From Pseudomonas sp. Ga0074129 (lineage in GTDB: Bacteria > Pseudomonadota > Gammaproteobacteria > Pseudomonadales > Pseudomonadaceae): a stretch of 64,000 nucleotides of DNA. How positions within the stretch are numbered: the stretch's first letter is position 1; the number at the start of each line of letters is the position of its first letter. Both the position numbers and the translations under genes were made by a program. Below, one piece after another: positions 19,726 to 34,869 of the stretch. Location: positions 1,491 to 65,490 of the forward strand of contig NZ_LNDO01000085.1 in the NCBI RefSeq assembly GCF_001465025.1, in the 5' to 3' direction. The notes beneath the pieces were generated by a model that was not told the DNA's origin, made no database searches, and saw only the letters and a program-made list of their open reading frames with translations.

Positions 19726-19992
19726 CTAAAGGCCACGCCAAAAACGCAACCAGCGCGCCTTAAGACTCATCACTGGTGGGCTATGGCTGCCATCGCAATA
19801 GGGTAGACGCTGCGACTGGCCGCAGCGACAAAGCAGCAGAAATTGCTCGCGGGCAACATGTAATTCAAGCTGCTCAGGGCATGCAGAGGCGCAATCGGGA
19901 AGCTGGGACGAACGCCCGCAGCGGCACAGCAATAAGGTAGCGCCAGGCTTAACCTGGCGCACCTCAGGCAGAACAGGATGTTGTGTCGTCAC
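19726..19992 (-). CDS. CDGSH iron-sulfur domain-containing protein
   Basis: Two CDGSH-type units (LLCRCGRSSQLPDC and LLCRCGQSQRLPYCDGSH). GTG start. Confidence 0.75.
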   Translation of the reverse strand: MTTQHPVLPEVRQVKPGATLLLCRCGRSSQLPDCASACPEQLELHVAREQFLLLCRCGQSQRLPYCDGSHSPPVMSLKARWLRFWRGL

Positions 19993-20061
19993 ACGCTCCC
20001 CCTTCCTTATTGCCCCTCTCCCAGCGGAGAGGGTAACCGGAGGAGCGCCTGGCAGCCGCTC

Positions 20062-23000
20062 TTAGTCCGCCCACACACGAGCGTTACGGAACATGCGCAT
20101 CCAGCCTGCGTCTTCCTGCCAGTCTTCAGGCTTCCAGGAGTTCTGCACGGCGCGGAAGACCCGCTCCGGGTGCGGCATCATGATGGTCACGCGGCCATCA
20201 CGGCTGGTCAGACCGGTAATCCCGCGCGGCGAACCGTTGGGATTGGCCGGGTAACTTTCCGTGACCTTGCCGTGGTTGTCGATAAAGCGCATGGCAACGG
20301 AACCGGACAGATCGGCCTCCAGCAGCGCCTCCTCATTTTCGAACTCGGCGTGCCCTTCACCATGAGCGATGGCGATTGGCATGCGCGAACCCGCCATGCC
20401 TTGCAGGAAGATCGAAGCCGACTCCTGCACCTGCACCATGGCCACGCGCGCCTCAAACTGCTCGGAACGGTTGCGCACAAAATGCGGCCAGAACTCGGTG
20501 CCGGGAATCAGCTCGTGCAAGTTGCTCATCATCTGGCAGCCGTTGCACACGCCGAGGGCGAAGCTGTCTTTACGCTCGAAGAAAGCCTGGAAGCCATCAC
20601 GGGCACGGGCGTTAAACAGGATGGATTTGGCCCAGCCTTCGCCGGCGCCCAGCACGTCACCGTAGGAGAAGCCGCCGCAGGCGACCAGACCCTTGAATTC
20701 GTCCAGGCTAACGCGGCCACTGAGGATGTCGCTCATGTGCACGTCGATGGCGCTGAAGCCAGCGCGATCAAAGGCCGCAGCCATTTCCACCTGGCCGTTG
20801 ACGCCCTGCTCACGCAGCACGGCGATCTGCGGACGTACACCCTTACGGATATACGGCGCGCTGATGTCCTGATTGACGTCGAAGCTAAGCTTGGCCGACA
20901 AGCCTGGGTTTTCCTCATCGAGGATGGTGTCGAACTCCTGCTCGGCGCACTGCACGTTGTCGCGCAAGCGCTGGATCTGATAGCTGGTTTGCGCCCACTC
21001 GCGCTGCAGCAAACTACGCTGGCCAGCAAACACCGGCTGACCGTTAAAGCTGATCGCCACCTCGTCGCTGTTGACCGGCTGACCGATCACCGCCACGCAG
21101 TCGCCCAGACCAGCGGCGCTGAACTGCGACAGCACGTCTGGGGTGGCGTCCTGATGCACCTGAATCACGGCGCCCAGCTCTTCGTTGAACAGCACAGCGG
21201 CCAGTTCAGCGCTGTTATCCGCCAACGCATCGAGGAACAGATTAAGGCCGCAATGGCCGGCGAAGGCCATTTCCAGCGTCGTCACCAGCAAACCGCCGTC
21301 AGAACGGTCGTGGTAAGCCAGGATGTGACCGTCAGCATTCAAGCCCTGGATCACCGCGAAGAAGGCCTTGAGGTCTTCAGCGTCATCCACATCCGGCGCC
21401 TGGGTGCCGAGCTTGCCGTACACCTGACTCAAAATCGAAGCGCCCATGCGGTTCTGACCACGGCCCAGATCGATCAGGATCAGGTCCGTTTCGCCCTTAT
21501 CCATACGCAGTTGCGGGGTCAGGGTCTTGCGAATATCGCTAACTGGGGCAAAGCCGGTCACCACCAACGACAGCGGCGAGGTCACGCTTTTATCCGTGCC
21601 CGCGTCCGTCCACTGGGTTTTCATCGACATCGAGTCTTTGCCCACCGGAATGGTGATGCCCAGCTCGGGGCACAGCTCCATACCGACCGCTTTCACGGTG
21701 TCGTACAGGCGTGCGTCTTCACCGGGGTGGCCGGCAGCGGCCATCCAGTTGGCCGACAGTTTGATGTCGGAGATTTTCTCGATGTGCGAGGCGGCCAGGT
21801 TGGTCAATGTCTCGCCAATCGCCATGCGCCCGGAGGCTGCTGCGTCGAGCAGGGCCAACGGCGTGCGCTCACCCATGGCCATGGCTTCGCCGGTGTACAC
21901 ATCAAAGCTGGTGGCGGTCACAGCGCAGTCGGCCACAGGCACTTGCCACGGGCCAACCATCTGATCACGCGCCACCAGGCCGGTAATGGTACGGTCGCCG
22001 ATGGTGATCAAAAAGCTCTTGCTAGCCACGGCCGGGTGATGCAGCACGCGGGTTACGGCTTCGTCGATGGCCAGGCTGCTGGCATCGAAATCATCGCCCA
22101 GCTCGGCCTCACGGGTCACCGAACGGTGCATGCGCGGCGGTTTGCCCAGCAGCACTTCCAATGGCATGTCCACCGGAGTGTTGGCGAAATAGCTGTCAGT
22201 CACCGTCAGATGGGGTTCTTCGGTGGCTTCACCTACCACGGCAAACGGGCAACGCTCGCGCTCGCAGATCGCTTTGAACCGCTCGAAATCGACGGCGCTG
22301 ACCGCCAGCACGTAACGTTCCTGCGACTCGTTGCTCCAGATTTCGTGCGGGGCCATGCCCGGCTCGTCGTTGGGCACGTTGCGCAGCTCGAAACGACCAC
22401 CACGACCACCGTCGTTGACAAGCTCTGGGAAGGCGTTGGAAATACCGCCCGCGCCGACGTCATGGATAAAGGCGATGGGGTTGTCGTCGCCCAACTGCCA
22501 GCAACGGTCGATCACTTCCTGGCAACGGCGCTCCATTTCCGGGTTCTCGCGCTGCACCGAGGCAAAGTCCAGATCAGCGGAGCTGGCACCGGTGGCGACC
22601 GACGAAGCGGCACCGCCGCCTAGGCCGATCAGCATGGCCGGGCCGCCGAGCACGATCAGCTTGGCCCCTACGGTGATCTCAGCCTTCTGCACATGGTCTG
22701 CACGAATGTTGCCCATGCCGCCGGCCAACATGATCGGTTTGTGATAACCGCGCACTTCTTCACCGCGCGGCGTCTGAATCGCCTGCTCGAAGGTGCGGAA
22801 GTAGCCGGTCAGGGCCGGACGACCAAATTCGTTGTTAAACGCCGCGCCGCCCAGCGGGCCTTCGAGCATGATGTCCAGTGGCGTAACAATGCGCTCGGGC
22901 TTGCCATACGGCACTTCCCAAGGCTGCTCGAAACCCGGGATGTTCAGGTTGGATACGGTGAAACCGGTCAGGCCCGCTTTCGGCTTGGCGCCACGGCCGG

Positions 23001-23958
23001 TGGCACCTTCATCGCGAATCTCGCCACCGGAACCGGTAGACGCGCCGGAAAACGGCGAAATGGCGGTCGGGTGGTTGTGCGTTTCCACCTTCATCAGAAT
23101 GTGCACCGGCTCCTGCACCGCGCCGTACTGGCGGGTTTTGGCGTCCGGGAAGAAACGCCCGGCTGTGTGCCCGACGATCACCGAAGCGTTGTCCTTATAA
23201 GCGGACAACACGCCTTCGCTGTGCATTTGATAGGTATTTTTGATCATGCCGAACAGGGATTTATCCTGACTTTCGCCGTCGATATCCCAGCTGGCATTGA
23301 AAATCTTGTGGCGGCAATGCTCGGAGTTGGCCTGGGCGAACATCATCAATTCGATGTCGTGGGGGTTACGCCCCAAACCGTTGAAACTGGTCACCAGATA
23401 GTCGATTTCGTCTTCAGCAAGGGCCAGACCCAGCTCAACGTTGGCCTTCTCCAGCGCTGCGCGACCGCCACCGAGGATGTCCACTGCCGTCAGCGGCTTG
23501 GGCTGGGCATGGCTGAACAGTGCCGCCGCGCCTTCCATGTTATCCAGCACCAACTGCGTCATGCGGTCGTGCAGCAACTCAGCAACAGCCTGCGCATCAG
23601 CTGCATTGAGCTGACCACTGACGTAGAACGCCAAGCCACGCTCGATGCGCTGAATCTTCGCCAAGCCGCAGTTGCGGGCAATATCGCTGGCCTTGCTCGA
23701 CCAGGGTGAGATGGTGCCAAAACGCGGAATGGTCAGAAACAGGCGACCGTTTGGCTCCTGCACCGGCACACTCGGGCCGTATTTGAGCAAACGGGCCAAC
23801 ACCTGCTCTTCATCGGCATTCAGAACACCGGTAACTTCGGCAAAATGCGCGAACTCGGCGTAGACGCCGGTGACCGCTGGCACCTTGCTGGTCAGTTGTT
23901 CAAGCAATTTGCCGTGACGGAAAGCAGAAAGAGCGGGAGCGCCGCGCAGGATCAACAT
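20062..23958 (-). CDS. purL: Phosphoribosylformylglycinamidine synthase (large single-chain)
   Basis: Trimmed to ATG 23958 ([22 protein letters not shown]), giving 1298 aa. C-terminal glutaminase domain with GVCNGCQMM. Confidence 0.96.
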   Translation of the reverse strand: MLILRGAPALSAFRHGKLLEQLTSKVPAVTGVYAEFAHFAEVTGVLNADEEQVLARLLKYGPSVPVQEPNGRLFLTIPRFGTISPWSSKASDIARNCGLAKIQRIERGLAFYVSGQLNAADAQAVAELLHDRMTQLVLDNMEGAAALFSHAQPKPLTAVDILGGGRAALEKANVELGLALAEDEIDYLVTSFNGLGRNPHDIELMMFAQANSEHCRHKIFNASWDIDGESQDKSLFGMIKNTYQMHSEGVLSAYKDNASVIVGHTAGRFFPDAKTRQYGAVQEPVHILMKVETHNHPTAISPFSGASTGSGGEIRDEGATGRGAKPKAGLTGFTVSNLNIPGFEQPWEVPYGKPERIVTPLDIMLEGPLGGAAFNNEFGRPALTGYFRTFEQAIQTPRGEEVRGYHKPIMLAGGMGNIRADHVQKAEITVGAKLIVLGGPAMLIGLGGGAASSVATGASSADLDFASVQRENPEMERRCQEVIDRCWQLGDDNPIAFIHDVGAGGISNAFPELVNDGGRGGRFELRNVPNDEPGMAPHEIWSNESQERYVLAVSAVDFERFKAICERERCPFAVVGEATEEPHLTVTDSYFANTPVDMPLEVLLGKPPRMHRSVTREAELGDDFDASSLAIDEAVTRVLHHPAVASKSFLITIGDRTITGLVARDQMVGPWQVPVADCAVTATSFDVYTGEAMAMGERTPLALLDAAASGRMAIGETLTNLAASHIEKISDIKLSANWMAAAGHPGEDARLYDTVKAVGMELCPELGITIPVGKDSMSMKTQWTDAGTDKSVTSPLSLVVTGFAPVSDIRKTLTPQLRMDKGETDLILIDLGRGQNRMGASILSQVYGKLGTQAPDVDDAEDLKAFFAVIQGLNADGHILAYHDRSDGGLLVTTLEMAFAGHCGLNLFLDALADNSAELAAVLFNEELGAVIQVHQDATPDVLSQFSAAGLGDCVAVIGQPVNSDEVAISFNGQPVFAGQRSLLQREWAQTSYQIQRLRDNVQCAEQEFDTILDEENPGLSAKLSFDVNQDISAPYIRKGVRPQIAVLREQGVNGQVEMAAAFDRAGFSAIDVHMSDILSGRVSLDEFKGLVACGGFSYGDVLGAGEGWAKSILFNARARDGFQAFFERKDSFALGVCNGCQMMSNLHELIPGTEFWPHFVRNRSEQFEARVAMVQVQESASIFLQGMAGSRMPIAIAHGEGHAEFENEEALLEADLSGSVAMRFIDNHGKVTESYPANPNGSPRGITGLTSRDGRVTIMMPHPERVFRAVQNSWKPEDWQEDAGWMRMFRNARVWAD

Positions 23959-24060
23959 CGGGGACAGCCTCTGGGAAGGGGTGTACTTTGAGGCCGCGTA
24001 TTCTAGCCTAAAGCGACGCCAACAGCACCCGTGAAGGCCAGCGCCGATAAAGGCGCCTGA

Positions 24061-25641
<1,581 letters not shown>

Positions 25642-25658
25642 CCCAGCCTGCCGCTCTA

Positions 25659-25727
25659 TGTGAAAGGGGCTTTAGCCGCGACTGACTTTAAGGGCGCAGA
25701 AGCCTCGCGGCTCAAGCCCCTCCCACA
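25659..25727. repeat. REP-type inverted repeat pair (second REP family)
   Basis: tgtgaaaggggctttagccgcga (25659-25681) versus the revcomp of 25705-25727, tgtgggaggggcttgagccgcga: 20 of 23 positions match, with a 23-nt spacer. Lies in the mltF/tadA convergent gap. Confidence 0.65.
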
Positions 25728-25781
25728 GCCAACTCCCGCGCGCTCAGCATGCATCCAGACTGAATGAAGCGGGGAAGATCT

Positions 25782-26264
25782 CTAGCGCGCTGCGCGGCGC
25801 AGCTTGAAGAACTCGCTAAGCACCGCACCGCACTCCTCGGCCAGCACGCCGCCTTCAACCAACACGCGATGGTTGAGAAAGGCCTGATTGAAAAACTCAC
25901 CACGACTGGCCACAACGCCCGCCTTCGGCTCACTGGCGCCGTAAACAACCCGCTGCACGCGTGAATGGACAATCAGGCCTGCGCACATGCTGCATGGCTC
26001 AAGGGTGACGTACAGGGTACTGCCCGGCAGACGGTAATTACTGACGGCTTGCGCGGCCGCGCGAATAGCCACCATCTCGGCATGGGCGCTGGGGTCGTGG
26101 GTGGTGATTGGGCAGTTGAAACCGCGCCCGACAATCTGGCCATCCTGCACCAGCACCGCGCCAACCGGCACCTCACCCAAAGCTGCACCTTCAGTGGCCA
26201 GGTTTAGTGCCTCGCGCATAAAGTGCTGATCTTGGCTGCGATCAATAATCAGGGGGTGACGCAC
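25782..26264 (-). CDS. tadA: tRNA-specific adenosine deaminase
   Basis: Zinc-deaminase motifs HAEMVAI and PCSMCAG. ORF 25782..26336 trimmed to the in-frame GTG at 26262-26264, 2 nt after the oxidase stop. ATG 26219 (MREALNLA) is the alternative start. Confidence 0.85.
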   Translation of the reverse strand: MRHPLIIDRSQDQHFMREALNLATEGAALGEVPVGAVLVQDGQIVGRGFNCPITTHDPSAHAEMVAIRAAAQAVSNYRLPGSTLYVTLEPCSMCAGLIVHSRVQRVVYGASEPKAGVVASRGEFFNQAFLNHRVLVEGGVLAEECGAVLSEFFKLRRAAR

Positions 26265-26266
26265 GC

Positions 26267-27637
26267 TTAAACGACCTCGATTGATGCCATCAGACCGGTT
26301 TCCATATGGTCGATCACATGACAATGGAACATCCACAGACCGGGATTATCCGCGACCAAGGCCACACGGGCACGTTCATTTTTACCGAGCAGATAAGTGT
26401 CGGTGAAATACGGAATGATAGTTTTACGATCGGATGCCAGCACCTTGAACGTCATACCGTGCAAGTGAATGGGATGCTGATACTGACTGAGGTTACGCAG
26501 CTCAAAGATATAACTCTTGCCCAACTGCAACCGCGCAATCGGCCGGTCGGCACAGGTTTTATCATTGATATCCCAAGCCTGGCCGTTGATCTGCCAGAAA
26601 CTGTGCGCCGCGCCTTGCTCAAGCCCCACCGACACCGCACCGGCCCACTCAAAGTTGAACGTAAGACTTTGCGCATTGGCCAAATCCGGCTCGGCTACAG
26701 GATTAGCCGGCAAGGCGGCCGGCCACTCCCCCACAGGATCGGCGCTGGCCGTTGCACGCAAGGTAGCCAAGCGCAACGGCCCATTGCGCAATGAAAGCTC
26801 CGTACCCGCCACCGGTACTTGCAAGCCCAGCTCGATGCGCATGCCCGGCCCCAGCCAGTATTCCTTGTCCAACGGGCGTGGCTCGACTGGGTTGCCGTCC
26901 AGCGCATAAATGCGCGCGTCCGCACCCGGCAGGTTAAGGCGATAGGTCAGGGTGTTATCCAGATTGATCAGGCGCAAACGCACCACCTGTCTGGCCGGTA
27001 AATCCAAGGTCGGCACGTGCTGGCCATTGACCGTACTCAAGCGCCCCGGCGTCCCGCCCCGAGCCGCTTCGCGCGGCACACTGAATGCAGTAAATGCGCC
27101 CTGCTCGTCGACATGCCAGCTTTTAAGGTTGAGCGTGTGGTCATGCAGGAAACCACTTGGCTCGCGCTCATCGACAATCAGCGCACCGACCAAGCCACGT
27201 CCGAGTTGCTCACCGCTGGCTACATGCGGGTGATACCAAAAGCTGCCCGCATCGGGGCAAATAAAGTCGTAATCAAAATACTCGCCCGGCAACACCGGTG
27301 CCTGCGACACATAAGGCACACCGTCCATGGCCAGCGGCAGACGAATGCCATGCCAGTGAATGGTGGTCGGCACGTCCAGCTTGTTGATAAAGCGCACGCG
27401 CAGCCGCTCACCCTGACGGCAGCGCAACTCCAAACCCGGAGCCTGCCCACCATAGGCCCAGGCCGGGGTGATATGCCCCGGCACCAACTCCAGGTCAAGC
27501 GGTGCGGCGATCAGCTCATAATCGTGCGTCGCCACATTTTCCGGGCGAGCCAACCAATAGCGCGCGCCGCCAACACCAAGACCAACGACGCCAAGGCCAC
27601 TGAGGCCAATAAGGATTTGTCTGCGAGTGAACGACAT
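26267..27637 (-). CDS. Multicopper oxidase (CumA-like), Tat-exported
   Basis: Twin-arginine signal MSFTRRQILIG. Copper ligand motifs HWHG, WYHPH, HPIHLHG and HCHVIDHMETGLM. The position next to guaA resembles the P. putida cumA locus (from recall). Confidence 0.85.
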   Translation of the reverse strand: MSFTRRQILIGLSGLGVVGLGVGGARYWLARPENVATHDYELIAAPLDLELVPGHITPAWAYGGQAPGLELRCRQGERLRVRFINKLDVPTTIHWHGIRLPLAMDGVPYVSQAPVLPGEYFDYDFICPDAGSFWYHPHVASGEQLGRGLVGALIVDEREPSGFLHDHTLNLKSWHVDEQGAFTAFSVPREAARGGTPGRLSTVNGQHVPTLDLPARQVVRLRLINLDNTLTYRLNLPGADARIYALDGNPVEPRPLDKEYWLGPGMRIELGLQVPVAGTELSLRNGPLRLATLRATASADPVGEWPAALPANPVAEPDLANAQSLTFNFEWAGAVSVGLEQGAAHSFWQINGQAWDINDKTCADRPIARLQLGKSYIFELRNLSQYQHPIHLHGMTFKVLASDRKTIIPYFTDTYLLGKNERARVALVADNPGLWMFHCHVIDHMETGLMASIEVV

Positions 27638-27770
27638 AGGAATTCCCGTGGCCCGGATGCAACCCGGGAAGATATCCGCCTGAAATTGATCAGACTAACA
27701 ATTGCACTATCTTCTCATTTACGCAACCGAACTGACGACCCCTGAAAACGGACAAGATGCCGCAGCAGAA

Positions 27771-27802
27771 ACGACAAGGGCAGCTTGCGCTGCCCTTGTC
27801 GT
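27771..27802 (-). terminator. Hairpin terminator downstream of guaA
   Basis: acgacaagggcagc-ttgc-gctgcccttgtcgt, a 14-bp perfect stem. The minus-strand tail ttctgc is only weakly U-rich. Confidence 0.5.
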
Positions 27803-27822
27803 GGTTCAACTCTCTAGCGAGA

Positions 27823-29403
<1,581 letters not shown>

Positions 29404-29493
29404 GGCCGTCTCTCGTAGCGGAATTCACAAATAACGCGGGGCTGCCCTGTAAAAACAGCGGCAGCCCCGTGCTTCATATCAACTGATCAGCAA

Positions 29494-31035
<1,542 letters not shown>

Positions 31036-31080
31036 CTATTGCTTAACCAGCCAATCCTTTGCCGAGAGCCCGCCGCCCCC

Positions 31081-31632
31081 CTATAACTCGACTCGCACCA
31101 CGGAAACCGGATAACCCAAGCGAGCGGCGAACTCATCGAGAAAGCTCTGCTTGAAACCCGCATCCGCCCAGTTATTGAAGATAAAACCCAGATTAGAAAA
31201 GCCACAGGGCTGCAAAAAGAGAAAGCCGTTGATGTCGTCTTCATGGCCACACAGCGGGCAGGTGAAGTTATCGGTATGCCCCGGCATCCAGTCTTCCAAA
31301 CTGTCGAATAACCGCTCACCGACCTCGCGCCGACATTCGGGGCAACCCGCCTCCTCTAAAAAGCCTGCCGTAGGCGTATAAATGCAGCGCTTGTAGATGA
31401 TCTCCAGGCCATGCACCGCCTGCCCAAACGGCAGTAACTCAGGCCGTTCGACCACCCGTCGCGCGCCTTCGCCGATGCCGTAGCCCATGTGTTTGAAGGT
31501 GCGACCACAGGTGGTCAGTTGCTCTTCGATGATGTTCTGCTTGACCAGCCAGCGCACGATCAACCGCGCACGCGCCTCGTGGCCGGGAAAGCTGGAAATT
31601 TGCGGCACGATGATGGCCTGCTGCTCACTCAT
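31081..31632 (-). CDS. Conserved hypothetical protein with putative zinc ribbon
   Basis: 183 aa with good coding character. Two CxxC pairs (CPECRRE and CPLCGHE). I recognise no family. Confidence 0.6.
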   Translation of the reverse strand: MSEQQAIIVPQISSFPGHEARARLIVRWLVKQNIIEEQLTTCGRTFKHMGYGIGEGARRVVERPELLPFGQAVHGLEIIYKRCIYTPTAGFLEEAGCPECRREVGERLFDSLEDWMPGHTDNFTCPLCGHEDDINGFLFLQPCGFSNLGFIFNNWADAGFKQSFLDEFAARLGYPVSVVRVEL

Positions 31633-31738
31633 ATCAGAACTCGGTTTGCGTTGAAGGCGCGCAGCTTAATGGCCACACGACGATGGTCAAGGCCAATCCA
31701 CTATGGCCGATCGGGTAAAGCCTTTACTATGCCACCCC

Positions 31739-33118
31739 ATGATTAAAGACCCATTCCAACGCCTGAACCTCGACCGCGAGGTGCTCAGCGTCAGCCAATT
31801 GAACAACCGCGCCCGCTTGCTGCTGGAAGATGTATTCGGCGGTATCTGGGTCGAGGGGGAAATTTCCAACCTGGCCAAACCGGCATCCGGGCATCTCTAC
31901 TTCACCCTTAAAGACAGCCAGGCTCAGGTGCGCTGCGCACTGTTCCGGCAGAACGCGGCCAAGGTGCGGCAGGCACTGCGGGATGGCTTAGCCGTTAAGG
32001 TGCGCGGCAAGGTTTCGCTGTTTGAAGGGCGCGGTGACTACCAGCTGATTCTCGATGCCGTAGAGTCGGCCGGTGACGGCGCGCTGCGACTGGCCTTCGA
32101 AGCACTGAAGGAAAAACTCAGCGCTGAGGGACTGTTCGCCGCCGACGCCAAAGTCGCCCTGCCCGCTCACCCGAAACGCATCGGCATTATCAGCTCGCCA
32201 ACTGGTGCAGTGATCCGCGACATCATCAGCGTGTTCCGCCGCCGCGCGCCGCAGGTTGAACTGACCCTGATCCCCACCGCCGTGCAAGGCCGCGAAGCCA
32301 CCGCACAGATTGTTCGCGCCCTCGCGCTGGCCGACGCCCGGGGCTTCGATGCGCTGATCCTAGCCCGTGGCGGCGGCTCGCTGGAAGACCTCTGGTGCTT
32401 TAACGAGGAGCCGGTCGCCCGCGCGATTGCCGCCTGTAAAACCCCTATCGTCAGCGCCGTGGGCCATGAGACCGACGTATCCATCGCCGATTTCGTCGCC
32501 GACGTGCGCGCCCCCACGCCTTCGGCTGCTGCTGAACTGCTGGCTCCCGACAGCAGTGAACTGGTGCAGCGCCTGCACAACCTCAAGCGTCGCCTGAACC
32601 TGCGCATGCAACATCGGCTGGAGCGCGAACGCATGCGCCTAGACGGTTTGCAGCGGCGCTTGCGTCATCCCGGCGAGCGCCTGCGCCAGCATGCCCAGCG
32701 TATCGATGACTTGGAGATGCGCCTCAGCCGGGCCTTCGGACGACAGCTGAACAGTCGCCGCGAGCGCTTGAATCACCTGCAAACCCGCCTGCTGAGCCTG
32801 CACCCGGAACGCAACCTGAAACTGCTAGACCAACGCCTACAGGCCCTGGCCGAGCGTCTGCAACGCAGCATGCGCGAGGGCCTTAAGGCGCGCCGCCTGC
32901 AAATGCACAGTCAGGTGCAAACGCTGCACGCGGTCAGCCCGCTGGCAACGCTGGGCCGTGGTTACAGCATTCTACTGGATGAGCGCGGACGGGCGATTCG
33001 CAACGCTGCCGACACCCAACCCGGCCAACGCCTGAAGGCGCGCCTGGGCAACGGCGAGTTGGATGTGCGGGTCGAAGACAACCATGTGCAGCCGGTTACC
33101 CTTTCACTGCTCGATTGA
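31739..33118 (+). CDS. xseA: Exodeoxyribonuclease VII large subunit
   Basis: Trimmed to ATG 31739 (MIKDPFQRLNLDREVLSVSQLN). OB-fold N-terminus with VWVEGEISN and a long C-terminal coiled coil. Confidence 0.93.
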   Translation: MIKDPFQRLNLDREVLSVSQLNNRARLLLEDVFGGIWVEGEISNLAKPASGHLYFTLKDSQAQVRCALFRQNAAKVRQALRDGLAVKVRGKVSLFEGRGDYQLILDAVESAGDGALRLAFEALKEKLSAEGLFAADAKVALPAHPKRIGIISSPTGAVIRDIISVFRRRAPQVELTLIPTAVQGREATAQIVRALALADARGFDALILARGGGSLEDLWCFNEEPVARAIAACKTPIVSAVGHETDVSIADFVADVRAPTPSAAAELLAPDSSELVQRLHNLKRRLNLRMQHRLERERMRLDGLQRRLRHPGERLRQHAQRIDDLEMRLSRAFGRQLNSRRERLNHLQTRLLSLHPERNLKLLDQRLQALAERLQRSMREGLKARRLQMHSQVQTLHAVSPLATLGRGYSILLDERGRAIRNAADTQPGQRLKARLGNGELDVRVEDNHVQPVTLSLLD

Positions 33119-33136
33119 TTTCCACACAGGTCTCCC

Positions 33137-33961
33137 ATGCGTTTAGTCACCCTGTTCACCCTGCTCTGCCTTGCCCTGCCCGTCCACGCCGAAGGCTTTA
33201 TCAGCCGTCTGCTTAACAAGCCCGTACCGGGCGGCGTGGCGGTGGTCGATCTGGGTCCTGCAGCCAGCGCCCCCAGCGTACGTTATCAGAACAAACCGGT
33301 GCTGGTGATCCATGAAGATCAGCAGCGCTGGATCGCCATCGTCGGCATCCCGCTCAGCGTCAAGCCTGGCAATCAGCAAATCAGCGTTAACGGCAACCAG
33401 ACGTTGAGCTTTCAGGTGGGCAGCAAGCATTACATGGAGCAACGCATCACCCTTAAGAACCCGCAGCAGGTCAACCCAAACGCCGCCAACCTCAAGCGCA
33501 TCGAGCGTGAACTGGCCGAACAAACCCGCGCCTACCAGCAGTTCAGTGCGCGTCAGCCGAGCAACCTGTTGTTTGACCGCCCGGTTAAGGGCCCGTTGTC
33601 GAGCCCCTTCGGCCTGCGCCGTTTCTTTAATGGTGAAGAGCGCAACCCGCACTCCGGGCTGGATTTTGCCGCCAACACCGGCACCTCCATCAAAGCGCCA
33701 GCCGCTGGCAAGGTGATCCTGATTGGCGACTACTTTTTCAATGGCAAGACCGTGTTTCTCGACCACGGCCAAGGGCTGATCAGCATGTTCTGCCACCTCT
33801 CCGCCATCGACGTAAAACTCGGTGATGAGATTCCCCGTGGTGGCCACCTCGGCAAAGTCGGCGCCACCGGCCGAGCCACCGGGCCGCACCTGCACTGGAA
33901 CGTGAGCCTGAACGACGCCCGCGTCGATCCGGCGATTTTTATTGGCGCGTTTAAACCCTGA
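33137..33961 (+). CDS. M23 family metallopeptidase
   Basis: Signal peptide MRLVTLFTLLCLALPVHA. Zn motifs HSGLDFA (HxxxD) and HLHWNV (HxH). Confidence 0.85.
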   Translation: MRLVTLFTLLCLALPVHAEGFISRLLNKPVPGGVAVVDLGPAASAPSVRYQNKPVLVIHEDQQRWIAIVGIPLSVKPGNQQISVNGNQTLSFQVGSKHYMEQRITLKNPQQVNPNAANLKRIERELAEQTRAYQQFSARQPSNLLFDRPVKGPLSSPFGLRRFFNGEERNPHSGLDFAANTGTSIKAPAAGKVILIGDYFFNGKTVFLDHGQGLISMFCHLSAIDVKLGDEIPRGGHLGKVGATGRATGPHLHWNVSLNDARVDPAIFIGAFKP

Positions 33962-33977
33962 GTAAGGACGACTTGCC

Positions 33978-34520
33978 ATGCGTATCCGCGCACAAACCTC
34001 TTGCCTACTGATTATCGATATTCAGGAACGCCTGTTTCCCGCCATCGATCAGCATGCCGAACTGGCGGCTAATGCCTTGTGGCTGCAACAGGTGGCGCAG
34101 CGTATCGGTGCCCCCGTGCTGCTCACCGAGCAATACAGCAAGGGCCTGGGGCCAACCATTGCCTCGTTGCGCGCCGGGCATGCGCCAGAGGCTATTGTCG
34201 AGAAACTGCACTTCTCGGCGGTCAGTGAAGGCGAGTTGTTGCAACGCCCTGGCGCTGAGCGGCAACAGTTCATCGTGTGTGGCAGCGAAGCGCATGTCTG
34301 CGTGCTGCAAACCGTACTTGATCTGCTCGAGCAAGGCCGCACGGTGTTTGTCGTGGCCGAAGCAGTCGGCTCGCGTCAACCCTCGGACAAGCTCCTGGCC
34401 CTGCAACGCATGCAACAGGCCGGAGCCGTGATAGTTTCGCGCGAGATGGTCGCCTTCGAATGGCTGGGGCAAGCCGGGAGTGAGTTGTTTCGCAGCATCA
34501 GCCGGGAATTTATCCGTTAA
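33978..34520 (+). CDS. Isochorismatase-family hydrolase
   Basis: 180 aa, LLIIDIQERLF ... FIVCGSEAHVCVLQT (catalytic Cys region of the isochorismatase/cysteine hydrolase fold). Confidence 0.8.
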   Translation: MRIRAQTSCLLIIDIQERLFPAIDQHAELAANALWLQQVAQRIGAPVLLTEQYSKGLGPTIASLRAGHAPEAIVEKLHFSAVSEGELLQRPGAERQQFIVCGSEAHVCVLQTVLDLLEQGRTVFVVAEAVGSRQPSDKLLALQRMQQAGAVIVSREMVAFEWLGQAGSELFRSISREFIR

Positions 34521-34777
34521 CGCGCTACACCCCTGCGCAATCCAAGCTAAACAGCACACGCAAAAGCGCCATAAAATCGCAAGCACACATAGATGGCGCG
34601 ATTTATCACCAATTTTTCCAGCATGCTTGCACGCTTTAGCCTCTCTGGTTAGGGTTGACGGCATGCACATAAATCACACGCTTATTCTGCTGCGCCAACA
34701 CGCCAAGCCCCACAGGGATGTGGGAAATGCCGCTAGCCCGCCGGGAGCGGGCACGGCACTTTGTTTGGTCAGCCAAC

Positions 34778-34820
34778 GACTGCGTGGCTAACTCTTAAGC
34801 CCCGCCCAGTCTTATTTTTT
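34778..34820 (+). terminator. Terminator-like hairpin plus T-run inside the leuA 5' leader (candidate attenuator)
   Basis: gactgcgtggc...gccccgcccagtc (about 10 bp of stem with one internal mismatch and one G:T pair) directly followed by ttatttttt, about 50 nt upstream of the leuA ATG. The stop codon of a 42-codon uORF (34663-34791) lies inside the 5' arm and loop. Confidence 0.35.
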
Positions 34821-34869
34821 CAAATTCCGCCCGGCTCGCCGATTGCAGCCGCGCTAAAAGGATTACCCC

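Noticed and set aside
19978-22623. 881-aa ORF on the plus strand.
   Set aside because: It is entirely antisense to purL, whose product has full-length unmistakable homology. The translation is low-complexity (rich in A/G/R/H/V) with no recognisable motif. This is a typical stop-codon-poor antisense frame in high-GC DNA.
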